Of a stretch of DNA of 64,000 nucleotides, positions 12,988 to 27,383 are shown piece after piece (positions within the stretch are counted from its first letter, which is position 1; each line of letters opens with the position of its first letter). The translations under genes and the position numbers were made by a program. This DNA comes from the human T2T-CHM13v2.0 reference genome, Homo sapiens: NCBI RefSeq assembly GCF_009914755.1, contig NC_060926.1. One strand, written 5' to 3'. The notes below the pieces were generated by a model. It did not search any database and had not been told where the DNA came from. It saw nothing but the letters and a program-made list of their open reading frames with translations.

Positions 12988-13264
12988 CTCATATTCTTGT
13001 TTTAATATGAGTTTAGTGAATACAAATCTGTCTAATGTTAACCATGATTAACTGACAAGATGAGGTCTTATCAGAAAGGTACATAAATTAAAATAGTGAA
13101 TCTTTAAAACTGCCATATGGGCATGAAACCGATGCAGCAACTGGTGTAAAAACACACATAGAATTTGATATATAAGAAAGATGGACTATGTACCAGTAAA
13201 AATAATTTTAAAATGTGTATTATATACTTGTAATAGGCATTGTGATAATATAATACTGAAATGT

Positions 13265-13368
13265 GAAAACAGTTAAAGGTATTGAGTAATATTATCCCCA
13301 TTTGATAGACAAAGAAGTGAATAGACACACAGTGCTTGAGTAACTTGTACAAGGTCACATGAACAAGA
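13265..13368 (-). mobile_element. MIR fragment
   Basis: attatccccatttgatagac...gagtaacttgtacaaggtcaca. Confidence 0.7.
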
Positions 13369-14589
13369 GCTCTTTGGGGGGTCCCAATTATTCTTAATTG
13401 TCTACTGGAACCATTGACCTCGGATGATGCCAGGACCAGGGTAGAGAGAAAGACTGAGACTTGCTTGCCTAAGTCCTCATTGAAGGTACTTTAACTTTTG
13501 CAGTTTACTTTTTTTCCTCCCTTTGGATGACTTGCACATGCATCTTCTTCCCAACTCTTTTTAATTTTATGAACAGGACGTTTTCAGCACTGTTGCCCCT
13601 CTGACACCCATTCAGCTTGGTCTGGGGATCCTTGACTGGTACTTGACTGTAGTTCCTTGGATTTCTTTTGCAGAAAGACTGCAAATGTGCGTTTCCCTTC
13701 TCTTGTTTGTTAGTTTAACAACCATTTAACTCTTGATCATGGTTGCTGGTGTGTGACATTATGTTGTGTGTTGCGGTACTCCAGGATCGAGTAGCTTCAT
13801 ATGCTCTATAAGCTCTTCAGTGGCATTGCCCAAGATGTTATTATCAAAAAATTATGTGTGCATATTTCTTGATTCTTGAAATATAACATCATTCTCACTT
13901 CCTGACTATGTATTACTGATTAGTATGTGTCAGCGCCACTACAGAACTGCTGTGGGATCAACAAATTGTTTCTTCTTCGCTCATTATGCATATGGCTCCT
14001 CTCTTGATGTTAGCAGCTGTAACAGTGTATGCCCTTCTTTTATCTTTGCTTCTTCGTTTGCATGATACTCTAGGCAATTTTATAAATTTTAAATCCTGGG
14101 TACCCAAGTAAATATGTAATAAATGCTAATTCTCCTTCATAATTAGAAACTATGAACAGTTTTAGTTTTAACAGGATTGTCTTCGGGGAAATCTGTCCTA
14201 CTGAAAGGCAGTTTGATTGGAAAACTCAGGGTTATAGTCAAAATCGTAAAGAGCAGAGAACTTCTTGGAATAGAGAGCAGTGACACGCCAGTGGCTGAGT
14301 CCTAGGTGTGCCCTCAGGTTTTATAACTGCTGTTATCACTGCCATCTGCCAGAGGGAGATGAAAACCATGCCTAATACTTCTTGGAGTCTTGTCCATTTT
14401 TGTCTGTCTGGATGTCCAGATTTTTAATACAATTTCTCATTGGAAATATTAAAGGGGGAAAAAAGTCATTGTGACAAAACAGTAATGTATCAAGTGGCTT
14501 TCCACTTCAACTAAACTAAAATCCACAGTCCTTCCTCTACCCTCCTGTGGGCCACTGAGTTCTGGCCCCTGCATAGCTTACGCACTGTA

Positions 14590-15185
14590 TTACAGCCACA
14601 ATGGCTTTCTAAATGTTCTTTCAACAAGCCAAAGCCTTTGTAAGCCCTAAAGCCTCAGCACATGCTGTTCCCTCTGCGTGGAATTCCACCCGTAGGGTTC
14701 TTCCACTTTTCTGACTCCCAGTCATCTTTTAGCTCTCAGCTTAAATATCACCAATTCAGAGAGGCCCTTCTTGACTAATTTTCCCAATTCTTCGGTCTCA
14801 TTGATCACTCTTATAACTTCTTACACCTTTCCTTTCAACACTTAAAAAATTCTATATTTGTACATTTATCTCATACTTTTCTTATTCACTAGACTAGGGC
14901 TTCTCAACCATGGAAGTGCATTAAAATCATTTAGGGAAATTTTAAAACATACCATTCCTCAATATCACCCTAGACAAATTGAAGCACAGGTTGGAGCCTC
15001 ATCATCAGTGTTTTTAAACATTCTTCAGATGATTCTGTTGTGCAGCTAGGGTTGAGGACCACTGGGCTAGATCATAAGCCACAGAAAGGCAGAGATGATG
15101 TCTGCTGACCAGTGTATACCCGTAGCCCAGTGTAGTGCCTTGGAGACCAAAGAGCTCAGTACATATATCTGGATGAATAAGTGAA
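14590..15185 (+). mobile_element. L2 3' end, interrupted by MER5A
   Basis: gcacatgctgttccctctgcgtggaat...ctcagcttaaatatcacc...gagaggcccttc and terminal cagtgtagtgcct...ggatgaataagtgaa. Confidence 0.75.
14895..15064. mobile_element. MER5A (hAT-Charlie)
   Basis: tagggcttctcaacc...cagatgattctgttgtgcagctagggttgaggaccactg inserted at a ctaga target. Confidence 0.8.
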
Positions 15186-17459
15186 CTCACAGAGAGTAAA
15201 TATGGATGCCCTTGACTATCTCAATGATTTGTGATACCCAGAAAAATACAAAACATCACAGCTCCAGAACTATTCCATATTTATATGGCTGGATGGCATC
15301 AAATGTACGAAACATTAATGATATCTTTTTATACTCATTAGGAAAATGAGTATTATCTGACATGGTACTCCTGAAAACATGTCAGTTACTTGTGAAATCA
15401 CAACTGCATTTTTTTTTTCTATTTCTTACTCTTTTCTTCAAGTTAACTACTGTAGCAATATATTACCCTCATTTTGATAAAAACTTAAAATATGCAAGAT
15501 CCATAACGTATTAACGCTCCAACCAAATTAGTTATCACCCCCACCTCACCATAAACAATTTTTTAAAGACTGTTTTTAATACCTCACATAAAAGATATTA
15601 AGTGCCAGAATTTTTTGTCTATTAACCCAAATATAATAAAAAATGGGTTATATATTTCCAAGGGGAGGTGACATTGTCCTTTAGAGGAATTGTTGTGCTA
15701 TAGAGTAGATCACTAGAAGGCAAGTGGTAGAATTTAGGACAATGTGTTACAGAAGGCTTTTTATTCATGTCTGTGCTTCAATAAATCAAGGAATAACAGA
15801 GAAATGAAGACATTATGCTGTAAAAACAAATGCCGTGTTCTATTTTGGTATTTAGAAAATTAACTTTTTGTGGTATGTACATTTCAGGAATCAATATTTT
15901 TTAACACGATTTCTTTTTTGCTTATTCCAAAAGCTGCTGAAATCTGAGGCAAAGTATATCAAATTCAACAAAGAGGGGTATTATAAACACAGTATTATCC
16001 ATATCTATAATTTAAGTGAGTTTTATAAACAGGGCCTTGTAGCTTTTTGCAAATAACTGATAAAATATTTCTTTAGGGAAACCCTACCACCTATCCCAAA
16101 TGTATAATAGTCAAAAATGTTTCCTATTTATTATCACACCATTATTTCTCAATCAGAATGCTTTTCTCAAGCCATTGGCCCCAAATGTACTTAAATTACC
16201 ATTATACCTGAGGTTTACTGATATCTCCTGATAAGAGCATACCTGCTATTTTACTGTAGAAACAAATTGGTAAGTTGAAATATTGTACTTTGTTTCTGAG
16301 AGAAGAAAGATAAGCATTGCTTTCACAATGATCCTTTTGGAAAAATATTCATAAGAGAGCTTACCGGACTCTGGAGAGCTTACTAGGCTCTGTGGATATT
16401 TTTAATTCATACCATAGTGTCTTTAGAAGTTAACGTAGGAAGATTAATGCTCTTGGAGAAGAGTTCAAAGTGTTTAGTGCCTTTTCCAGGTTAGTCACCA
16501 TGCCAGTTGTTGGACAAAGAACTCTGGCTCCTCTTCCGACATGTTATTTCATGTTCATCTAAAATACAGTCCCTTGTTTCTTCCCTGAAAAATGTGATAA
16601 CATCCTAGGAAGAGGTGGTGATCTGAGAGTTAAAGGGATAAATCAGAAAGTAGTGACAATTCTCTGGGAGCGAACTGGAGTCTCCAGCCTCCAGCATTGA
16701 CAGGTAAGTGACTGTGCAGAAGGACAGGTTGTTTCATTATGTTAATGAAGTAACTTGAGAGTTTTTTTTTTTTTTCTCAGTTGTTTATCTAGAAGTTCTG
16801 TGTCTGGGGTTGATTTCACTGTTCATGTACATGAATATCATTACAAAAAAAATTGTAGAAAGGCAATTCTAAGATATGCAGGGAAATTAGTACTATTATT
16901 AGCAGGTACTGCTTGGGAGTTCTGGGAACAGTTCACTAGCTGTAAATATAAAGAGGTGGGACAATTTGAAGGCTAGCTCTGTTGTCGCAGTGGTTTTGAG
17001 TGCAGCTTGAAAATTAGAGCTTAGGTCTGAGTTGCTAAGAACTGCTAGTTGACATTCCAATGACACCATCATCATGTATTCTAGGAGTACCCCTGCTCTA
17101 TTTTCAAGCCATGGTACTCAATGTTGCAGGAGTACCACTGTCAATAAGATAGTGTCCTTAGCCTAAGGAGCTTGTTATTTATTAGGAATAAAGATTAAAA
17201 AAATACAGTACAAGAAAAAAGTAAGAGTTATAAAAGATGTACTACAAAGAAATTCATCATCTCAAAGATAGTTGATGGAGTAGCAGATATTCAGTGTTGT
17301 ATGTTCTATTCAATTAACGTGGGAGAGTTAAAAAACTAACATCCTAGTAATTGATAAACCTTGGTGTTTGTTATATATATAAATTTCATATGTGTGAATG
17401 CAAAATATTTTTTAAAAACTTTGTTTCTATTGCTAACCATAGATTAAATCACTCTTCTT

Positions 17460-17750
<291 letters not shown>

Positions 17751-19144
17751 TTAATTCACAAATACTGGAATTTTGTTTTGTTTTCTCCTCTTAGACTTCC
17801 TAGCAGGATTAGATTTATTACTGCTGCACCTTTCCCATGAAAATCAGGTTTTCTAAATGGGAAAGTTAAACTCATTATAAATTCCTCAAGGTAATGTTGG
17901 AGTTCTTTGTGCTGTAGGGTTTCCAATGTGGGTCTTTTAACCTTTGCTTCCATTTGAAGGAAATTTTCCAGACAGATATATTCTTACTTCAATGGCATTT
18001 TTAGATGCTGTACATGATGAGCAAAGACAGTGCAGAGTGTTGAAGAAATAATTTGTGTTTCCTTGAAAACTGAATTTCATTGGTTTTTTTTAGAGTTCTC
18101 ATTATTGCAACATTCTGAGTGTGTGTGTATATATATATATTTAAATTATATCTTTGTGCATGTTCTAAATGTCAAATATAACCACTAGAATATTTGGTCT
18201 AAAAGGGAGAACAGAACTTGAACTTAGTCATTCCTAAATTCATATCTTTAAGCTGGTTTTATATCATTTTGATTCCAGAAATATTCACTTGTTTAGATTT
18301 TTTAATGTTCCTTTCAGGTAATGTTCAATATGTGCAAAAATCTGAGTAGCTAATCAGTAATTACTACTTTGTAAAATTGAACTAAGTTGGGTTTTTCAAC
18401 ATGTAAATCAGCCTTCTTTAGGATATAGTAATCAAAGCAGTTCTATGATGCTTGTTACAAACCAATTGCTAAAATGAATAACTAAGACTAAAGGCCTTTT
18501 TTCTTGTTGGTTAAAGTTAAAACTGACTAGCTCTGGAAATGTAACTTTTACTTTCCCTGTTTTTATAGTAACGCTTCATTAAGATGTCAAGTCAAAATAT
18601 TTTTTTCTTTCTCTTTCTGTTTTGATATTTCATCTGAGAACCAATATTTCAAAAATGTAGTGATTTAGTATAAATTCCTTAGTTCCAGTCAGATAAATAA
18701 ACCTTACCAGATTCTGTGAACTGATTTATTGATAGGACTCTGAGGGACCACAAGCATTTTTGAGAATGTTTGAAACATTTCTGAATTCTGAATTTTATTG
18801 AAGTTTTATCCCAAGAGAGAAGTAGAGTGAGAGGAAAACCTCTTTCCACAAATTTGGACATCGTAACAAAGCTTTAACTTTCTTTTTTTAAAGGTCATAC
18901 AGGTATTTAAAAAAAAAAAAGACAAGTAGTTATACAAACACTTTGGTCACCAGTGAACTGATAATAGGAGCAATCTTTTGTGTAGCAAATTTTCTATGTT
19001 GTGTAGTAATGCAATTCAAGACTGGTATAAATATTTGAAATAGGAAATCCCTAAACTTATTTTCATACAGTGATTTTGACTTTTTTTGCAATCAAATTTA
19101 TATCTCTTTCTGTTAAAGAAAAAAATTAAGAAATACTTTTTGTG

Positions 19145-19325
19145 AAAAAAGGAACAACAGAAACTGGGGCTTACTTGAGGAGGGAGAGGAACAGAAAAAA
19201 CATCTACTGTGTACTAGGCTTAGCACCTGGATGATGAACTAATCTGTACAACAGACCCCTATGACACAAATTTACCTCCAGAACCAGGCTGCACATGTCC
19301 CCCTGAAAAATAAAAATTAAAAAAG
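19145..19325 (+). mobile_element. L1PA15/16-like 3' end
   Basis: gtactaggcttagcacctggatgatgaactaatctgtacaac...tgcacatgtcccctgaa plus A-tail; TSD-like aagaaatactttttgtg / aagaaagactttgtgta. Confidence 0.85.
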
Positions 19326-19431
19326 AAAAGACAAGAAAGACTTTGTGTAAAAAGACAAGAAAGACTTTGTGTAAATACACCTCTTTTTAAAATTACCCCT
19401 GACTTAAGAAAGAAGTTTTTCACATTCTTAA

Positions 19432-19495
19432 TGTGTGTATGTGTGTGTGTGTATGTGTATGCATATATATATATGTGTGTGTATATATATATAAT
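19432..19495. repeat. (TG)n/(TA)n microsatellite
   Basis: Directly visible. Confidence 0.9.
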
Positions 19496-21370
19496 ATGTT
19501 AATTTTCATAGATCCAAACAGTTTCTCTCTGCTTTTCTCAAACCTAATTATTTTCTCTCCTAAAAGGACGGTGACTGGAAAGATCGCATAGGTCACGAGG
19601 ATCTTCCTATGACCTATGATGAGAAAGAGGTTAGAGGTAGACTGGCTGCTGGAAAAGAGAAGCCAAGATCCCAGCAATGAGCCCTTTCCTCTGCTTCTCA
19701 TGGAGTTCTTACTGGTCCCCAGGTTAACCTAGGGAGTTGATACAGTGCCCTTTCCCAAGCAGAACATCTGGTTTACTGCCCCTTGCCCAGTGGTTATATG
19801 TGTGCCAGGTTTGAGGATCCTGCAAATTGCTCGTAATGGAGGTAAATGGCTTGTGCCATGAGAAACCAAACTGTGATTACTAGGGAAGATTTCTTAAGTT
19901 ACCCAGTTTGGAATTTATTTTGTTTTATTGTATTGGATTCCATATTAATAGAGGTGCTTGGAGGACCAGTTAAGGAGCATAAGAAAGGCTGGTTTTGGCA
20001 AGCAGAGGACAAATCCATCCTCTCTTCCTTGAGGGAAAGTTCGCCTCTCCATTGCCATCCCTACATTGCCTTTCCTATCTGCCATGTGCAAATTAGGGAG
20101 ACTGAGGCAACAAAGTTATATATAACACTAGAAAACTGAGATTTCAGAGGGGAAACAAAGTTAAAGCCCAAAGAGTAAAATACTAAAGGGAAATTTAAAA
20201 TAAATGCTAGCAATAAGTTAGTAAAAGTAGAAAAGGGGACTAAACGTTCAAAATTACATCACCTCAGGGAAACTAAGTTAAGAACAACTCAAATGATTTA
20301 CAAACCAAGATTTAAAAAGGAAGAAGAAGAGAAATAGTGAGACAAGAGAAGATAATCTGAACACTCCAGAAAGAATGAAAGAAACTGGTGGCACAAATTC
20401 AAAATGAAGTACCACTTAAACAAGAAACAGCAGTGAAACCAACTAACCTTTAATACATTAGTCTTGTAAAGAAATGTGCATGGGGAAAAGGAGAAAGCAG
20501 GACACATTTTTAAAGTGGTCCTCTGAAATGAGGCAGCTTCCACAGCTGGAGGCTCCTTGGAGACCTATAAGGCAGAGAGAGAGAGCTGAGCTGTAGAGGG
20601 TAGGAGATGACTCTCTGGGGCCTCCTGTCAATGGCTTCTGTCCCCCAGCTCCCGCTAGGATACCTGAAAGGGCAAGGAGATGTGCCCTTTGGTAAATAGC
20701 AATCCATCAAGCTGCAAGCTGGTAGCTTCCCCTGGCTGGCTTTCCACAGGCATGAAAGCTTCTGTGGCCATCTCCATTTCTTTGTGAAAGTCCTGTCTGA
20801 GGAAAGGGATCCCATTCAGCCTGGTGTTCTTCAGGCATGTGGTCAAGGCAAGGCGCCTGGCTAATCAGCCCATCAGCTAATCAACTATTTTATAATTTTA
20901 TATTTTAATGCAGCTATTTAATCCAATGTTGATATTTTATAATCAGTTACTTTTAACTTAAAAATAGTGAGTTTTCTAAATTTTAGAAAAGCTTTATTTT
21001 GAAAAGGTTTGCTATTTTGGTTGCCGACGGAGTGATTTTGTTCTAATTGTACCTGACCTCACCTGATTAAGACTACCCACTTGCCCTCACTCTTTCTTCC
21101 TCCACCATGGCCTTCTCCCTTTCTTTTTCTCTCCAGCTTACCTCACAGGGCCTACGTTAGAGTAACACTTCCATTGCCCACAAATTTGGGGGAGTGAGAG
21201 AAAAAATTGCACAAAGTGCATTTGTCAGATAACTCAAATTCCAAGTGCCCAAACTGTATTTTAATCTTTTGTTGGGAATATCCTGGGATGGGGACAATGA
21301 GGGAGATCTGTACATTACATACCATTTTTGCATAGTGTGTCTGTTTACATCAGAAAAAGATTTAAGGTAG

Positions 21371-21954
21371 TGTTACAGTACCATCGGGTTCATATGCTCA
21401 CTGTGCAGCAACAGACCAATACACTGAGTCAGCAGAGTTTGCAGCAGAGAAGGAGCTTGATAATGGCAAGGCCATCGAGCAAGGAGACAGGAAGAATCTT
21501 CAAACCTTAACTTTGTTTTCCTGAGGGGCTCTGGGTTCCTAAGGGGATCATGGAGGGTGATGGACTAGAAAATTGGGGTCATTGATTGGTTCAGGTCCGG
21601 GAGATGAAATCACCAGGATATAGAAACTGCATACTTGTATAAGTCAGATCCTTGCTGGGCCCTTCAGACCAGCTAGCTCGGGTAGTTTTATTGCTATGCA
21701 GAACCTGAAGGAGAAGCTCCTCAAAGGGAAAGCTTCTCATCTCACAGTGTCTTAGATCTTATCTATAGAACAGAAAAGGAACACAGTCTTGTGAAAAGGG
21801 CTATGTTATTCTGGAGTGATAAGCAGCAACTAGCTACAAGGAAGTGAGCCAAAGGGCAAGTGGGCTTAGTGAATGCTTCTGATTGCGCTGCAAGCCTAGT
21901 TGAATGTTTTCTTCCCTTAACTGATTTTATAAAATTTTATTGGGGATGGCTTCA
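21371..21954 (-). mobile_element. ERV1 solo LTR (LTR26-like)
   Basis: tgttacag...cagaccaatacactgag...tttgcagcagagaa...ggatggcttca; TG..CA ends; 4-bp TSD gtag/gtgg. Confidence 0.75.
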
Positions 21955-22189
21955 GTGGCCTTCTTCATAGGGTTATTAGGATGGAAGGTCTAACAAACAC
22001 AAGCACAAATTATAGGTCATAAAACCCAGTACAAATATTGGGAAAAATATCCCTGGGCAAGACATTCAAGGTCCTTTGCTTTCTGTCTCTAACCTTTCAG
22101 TTTAGCCTTAATTCCTGTATTTCTTTTCCTGTTAACCTCCAGAGACCTACACTCAAAACACATCCTGCTAGTTGGTTGGCTTTTTTGCA

Positions 22190-22565
22190 AATAGTGAATT
22201 TGCAATTTCGTGCTCCCATGCGTTTGTGTGTGTTGTTTCTTCTGCCTTGAAGGACTTCTCAATCCCATTGTCCAGTGAAATCACACTAATTAGGACCAGC
22301 TTAAATGTCATCTTCCCCTCTATACCTTGCTTAACAGCTTCCCTGCAAATATAGAATGCATCTTTCCTCTTGCTTTTCTGGCCTGGTATTTTGCTCCTTC
22401 GACTATTTCATCACATGTTACAATATTTATATTGACTTGCATATTCATCTGCCCTTCCTGTTCCTGAATTGATAGGTTCTTGAAATGAGGAGTTGTATGC
22501 TCAGTTCTTAACACAGTGCTTGGCCTGTTACAAGTACTGAAGACGTGTCTCTTGGCTGTAGGAAT
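22190..22565 (+). mobile_element. L2 3' end
   Basis: ccagcttaaatgtcatcttcccct...aacacagtgcttggc. Confidence 0.65.
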
Positions 22566-22908
22566 TGAAGTACTTCATCTAGTTTCTCATCCAGCATTAC
22601 TAAACACATTTTAATCCTTCCTCATTTATTGAGGCACAGTCAAGGCTGGGATACATAGTTCTATATCTGCTTTTAATTTTGCTCTGTTTCCTTTTAGCTC
22701 TGCTTTTTCTGTTTTAAATATATGAAGTCTTCCCTTTCTTTCCATTTTTTCTATTAAATCAACTCTAGCCTGCAGATTCCATCATTGACCATCTTACAAC
22801 CTCTATGTAATTGTAGGGAACACCGAGGAGATTTATTTTGCTTCTAGGTCTTGGACTTTGTTCTAATGCTTGGATGTTGCCAGTTACTTGACCTCTGCGT
22901 AAAGAGGA

Positions 22909-23459
22909 TGTACTGTCAGGGTTCTCCAGAGAAACTGAACCACTAGGCTTGTGCATGTGTACATAGATAAATAATAAGGAATTGGCTCACATGATTAGGG
23001 AAATGGAGAAGACCTAAGATCTGTAGCCAGGAAATTAGAGACCTAGAAGAGCTGACATATGATTCCAGTCCTGGTCAGATAGCCTGAGTACCAGGAGATC
23101 TGACATTGTAAAGTCCAGTGCAGAAGCCAGCAACCTGAAGACCCAAGAGGAGCTCATGTTCCAGTCCCTATCCGAAGGCTGGAAAGAAAAAAACAAACAA
23201 CACCAAAATGTTCAGCTCATGCAGTCAGGCAGCAGAGACAGATTCTTTCTTACTCAGTCTTTTTATTTCTAGTCAGGCCTTCAGTGGGTTGGATGAGGCC
23301 CACCCACTTTGGGAAGGGCAGTCTGCTTTACTCAGCCTACTGACTCAAATGTTAATCTCATCCAGAAACACCCTCCTAGTACACCCAGAAATAAGGTTTA
23401 ACTGAACATCTGGGCACCCTGTGGCTCAGTCAAATTAACGCGTAACATTAACCATGACA
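22909..23459 (-). mobile_element. MLT2B-like ERVL solo LTR
   Basis: tgtactgtcagggttctccagagaaac...ggatgaggcccacccac...cattaaccatgaca; TSD gagga/gaggg. Confidence 0.9.
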
Positions 23460-23815
23460 GAGGGAGTGCTCTGCATATGTATTTTGCTAGTGATGCCAAA
23501 CAGTTGACTTAAGAAGGGAATTATGTCTATAGAGAGTATCATTTATTTTACAAATGATAATGAATTTACAGTCTTTTTGAGAATTTCAGAGTCTAGTCTC
23601 ATTTTGTCAATGACATTTTATTCATGGAGTAAGTGTAGAGTGAAAAGAACGTTACATATTCTAGTTAAACATAGGGCAGGAGTCCAGGAGTCTCATATTA
23701 AATAATTTTAGGAGCTAAGAAAGTTAGTAAATAAGTAAAGTATGTTGGGTGTATGCCAAGCCAGAATAGTGGGAACTACAGTACATAGGACAACTCTAGA
23801 ACTATTTTCAAGGTA

Positions 23816-23857
23816 TCCCTTCCCTTCCCTCCCCTCCCCTCCCTCCCCTCCCTCTCT
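23816..23857. repeat. (CCCT)n-type pyrimidine tract
   Basis: tcccttcccttccctcccctcccctccctcccctccctct. Confidence 0.9.
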
Positions 23858-25502
23858 TAGCCTTTGGCTAAAGTATTTTCCTTGTTTACTTATTAACTAG
23901 CCACATGTCTCTAGAAATTCACTGACTTTTTCCAGGCCTTAGTTGTTTTATTTAAATAGATGGCTTATCTACAGTCTGAAGATTCTTTCCATGCATTTTA
24001 CCTGCAAGATAAGTTTGAGAGGTTATGAAATAACACCTTTGTTGATTTAAAGAGATCTACCGTGAGTTCTAAAGGAAAGTGACATGTCATCTTCTAAAGC
24101 AACTTAATTTGCTTCCCAGTAATGACATGATGAATAGGTCTATTGTTTGCAAAATTCAAGAGCAGAAATATGATAATCATAATTTTGCACCAAAAACTAC
24201 TTTGTATACTCATGTGCTTCATGATGTAATGTGACCAGATTTTTTCATAATTAAGTATCAGGTCTCTACAGGTGTTGCCAAGTCTGTATCTTGCTATGTT
24301 TGCACATACTTTGCTTTCTAAAGACTTAGGAATACTTCCTGTTGTAAGGTAGGATGACTTCCAATACATATGTGTTGGTATGTGTTGATTTTTCTTGTTT
24401 AAAGGCTTTTCATAGGGTCCTGGAGCCTTCAAACTATAAATTAATGTGAGACAGCCTCTGAGGATTTATGGAGTCATTTTCCCTTTGGCTAAAGCCTTCC
24501 ATGGTCACAGACCACTAGATTTAAAAAGGCAGCCAGACCTGTCCAAAGACCAACATAAATTTTCAGAGGCAGAGAAAATGGTGGCTGCTTATTAAATTAG
24601 TGAGAATATAGTATTTGGCAGCTACAAATAAATAATGTTTTCTCCCCATAAGCTAGAAGCAAGACATTGAAGCTGTGTGATTTTGGACCTACATTTGTCA
24701 AGTTTAGCTACATCAGTTGAGAATAATTTGCATGTTACATGGAGCACTTACTTGAGACTTCCGTTTAGATTTGACTAGATAAATGGGTTCACCTTTGCCA
24801 AAAAGCTCCCAGTTCTGACCACATTTAAAACATTTTTCCCCAGCACACAGAGACCGAACATGAGCATTAAAACAAAAAAAGGAACCTATTGTTCCAGCAG
24901 ACTCTTCTCCAGTTCCCCAGTATTTATCTTACAGGGTTTTCTAAGTGCAATATCAGGTGTTCACCATTGGTTGTCCGCACTCACTTTCTATTTTCCCTCT
25001 TGATTCAGAGAAATTATTTGTCTTAGTCCAATAAAAATAGGGCTTTTTCTTTTGGTGATTCACTATATGAAACCATTTTCACCGACTTCCAGGGTTTGGG
25101 GAAGAAAACATGTTTATCCTTGACAGATAATGGTATTTTTCCATGTCTCACAGGACCCTTCCCAAGTCTTTTTTTTCCTATACAAACAAAATAAATTATA
25201 GGACTAGAGACTTTATGAACTAAAGTTGATGAACTGTACTGGTTTTCTAGAGTACTTTCTGAGAAAATGCTGTGTAGAATTTCCAGTCATGAAACTTGCA
25301 TGAAAGGATACCACAGAATGGCAGGCATCTTTACTTCCTCATACTCAGAGATGTTTTTATGAGATAAAACTATTGAAAACAGATTACATTTGGAGATATA
25401 TTTCCATAGCAGACTATTCTGTGTTTCTATGGAAATGGGACTTATTTCTCTTAACCCCAATATCAATATCGCATGGGTAGAAACTCTAGGTACAAAATGT
25501 AG

Positions 25503-25898
<396 letters not shown>

Positions 25899-26297
25899 TT
25901 TGTTTTCCTTTTAATTTTTCATGTGATAGTTATCATCTGACATTAGTGGTATGCCTACTAATAGCATTTTTTAATTTAAAACTACATTTTATAAATTTGT
26001 TGAAAATTTATACACATTCTGCTGGAAAATTTTTGAGATGTTAGTTTATTTAAATTTTATAAATTAAGTCTATCTTATTAGTCAAATGTTCAGTCACCTA
26101 TTGGCCTGGGCTGGGAGTTGCTTGGTCTCTTAAAGTTGACTTTGATTATTTCTAATTAGAACATAGTATGATAAATTTATTCATTAGATGCCCACTTATT
26201 AAGCACTCTCTAGATACAAGATACTGTCCAAGATACAAATTAAGTTGGGTCTTAAAGGATGAATAAGACTTTTGATCAATAATGATAGTGATGATTA

Positions 26298-26730
26298 CAA
26301 TAATAGCTAGCATTAAATGAGCAATTCCTTCATGTCCAAGCCCTATGCAAAGTCATATCTCATGTTATACAACAACTTGAGAGGTAGGCACAGAATAATG
26401 TGAAGATGCTGATGTTTTACTGATGGCTTCTAGTCCTGGCTTTATCACTTACTGGTCATGTAAACCTAACCTGCCCCCCTCCCCATTTTGAATATATTGA
26501 TAGGAACTTCCTCCTGGCACTGGTAGGAGAAATAAATGAGATAATACAGTCTGATACTATGTGCTTTGAATATGGTAAACATTCAGTAAATGTTAGCTGC
26601 TATACTTTTCTTTATTGTATAGATGAGATTGAAGCTCAGAGAAGCTAAATAACTTCCCTACATTTAAAAAGTGGTGTGAGCCCAGATTTGGACTGAGTCA
26701 GTGTGACTGCAGAGTCTAGGTTCTCAACCT
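26298..26730. mobile_element. MIR (-) interrupted by a second MIR (+) at about 26390-26604
   Basis: aataatagctagcatt...gagaggtaggca resumes as tatagatgagattgaagctcagagaagctaaataactt after a + strand MIR ending cagtaaatgttagctgctat. Confidence 0.65.
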
Positions 26731-27383
26731 TGAAGGATTCTAAGAAAGAGTACCAGTAGATGCGAGGGCGTGCGGGGTGGGAGGAGGCCAGTGCTGAAAA
26801 CACAGCTGAGTGCATGCAGGGAAAGGAGGCTGCATTCAGTTCCAGGCCATTTGTGGGGGCCTTGGGAGACCTTGGAAAGAAACTGAGATGTTATCCTGGA
26901 AATCAATGGAAAATAACTTGTTTTTCAGTTCTTTCGTATTTAAATGAAACAAGACATCTCTGCATTTACCTTTGACTTAAACTGTCTTCTAAGGTAGTAC
27001 TATATTTTCAGTCAAGAAATATGAACTAGACATTCAAATGGGAGACTCCTCAAAGATTTGGGAGATTGCAGAAGATATCTCATAGGCGCTAAATACTGAA
27101 ACCCTGTTTTTCTTTGTTTGTTTTTTAAACCACAATCTGGAATCCAAGCATACAACTCTGTCTTCTCACTGCTCTGGAATTTTTTGATTCAAGCATTCTG
27201 ATTTCAACTAGCAAGGTTCCACTGGGACTATAAGGTGTATAAAACCTACTAAGGGGACTAGAGATTTTATATCCTCTAGCCAGCCTATCTTCTCCTTGCT
27301 GGGCAATTGAGGGAAGAAGTCAAACCAGAGATTGCTTAGGAAATGTGAAACCAGAATAAGCATGGAGAGTCATATAATTCAAG

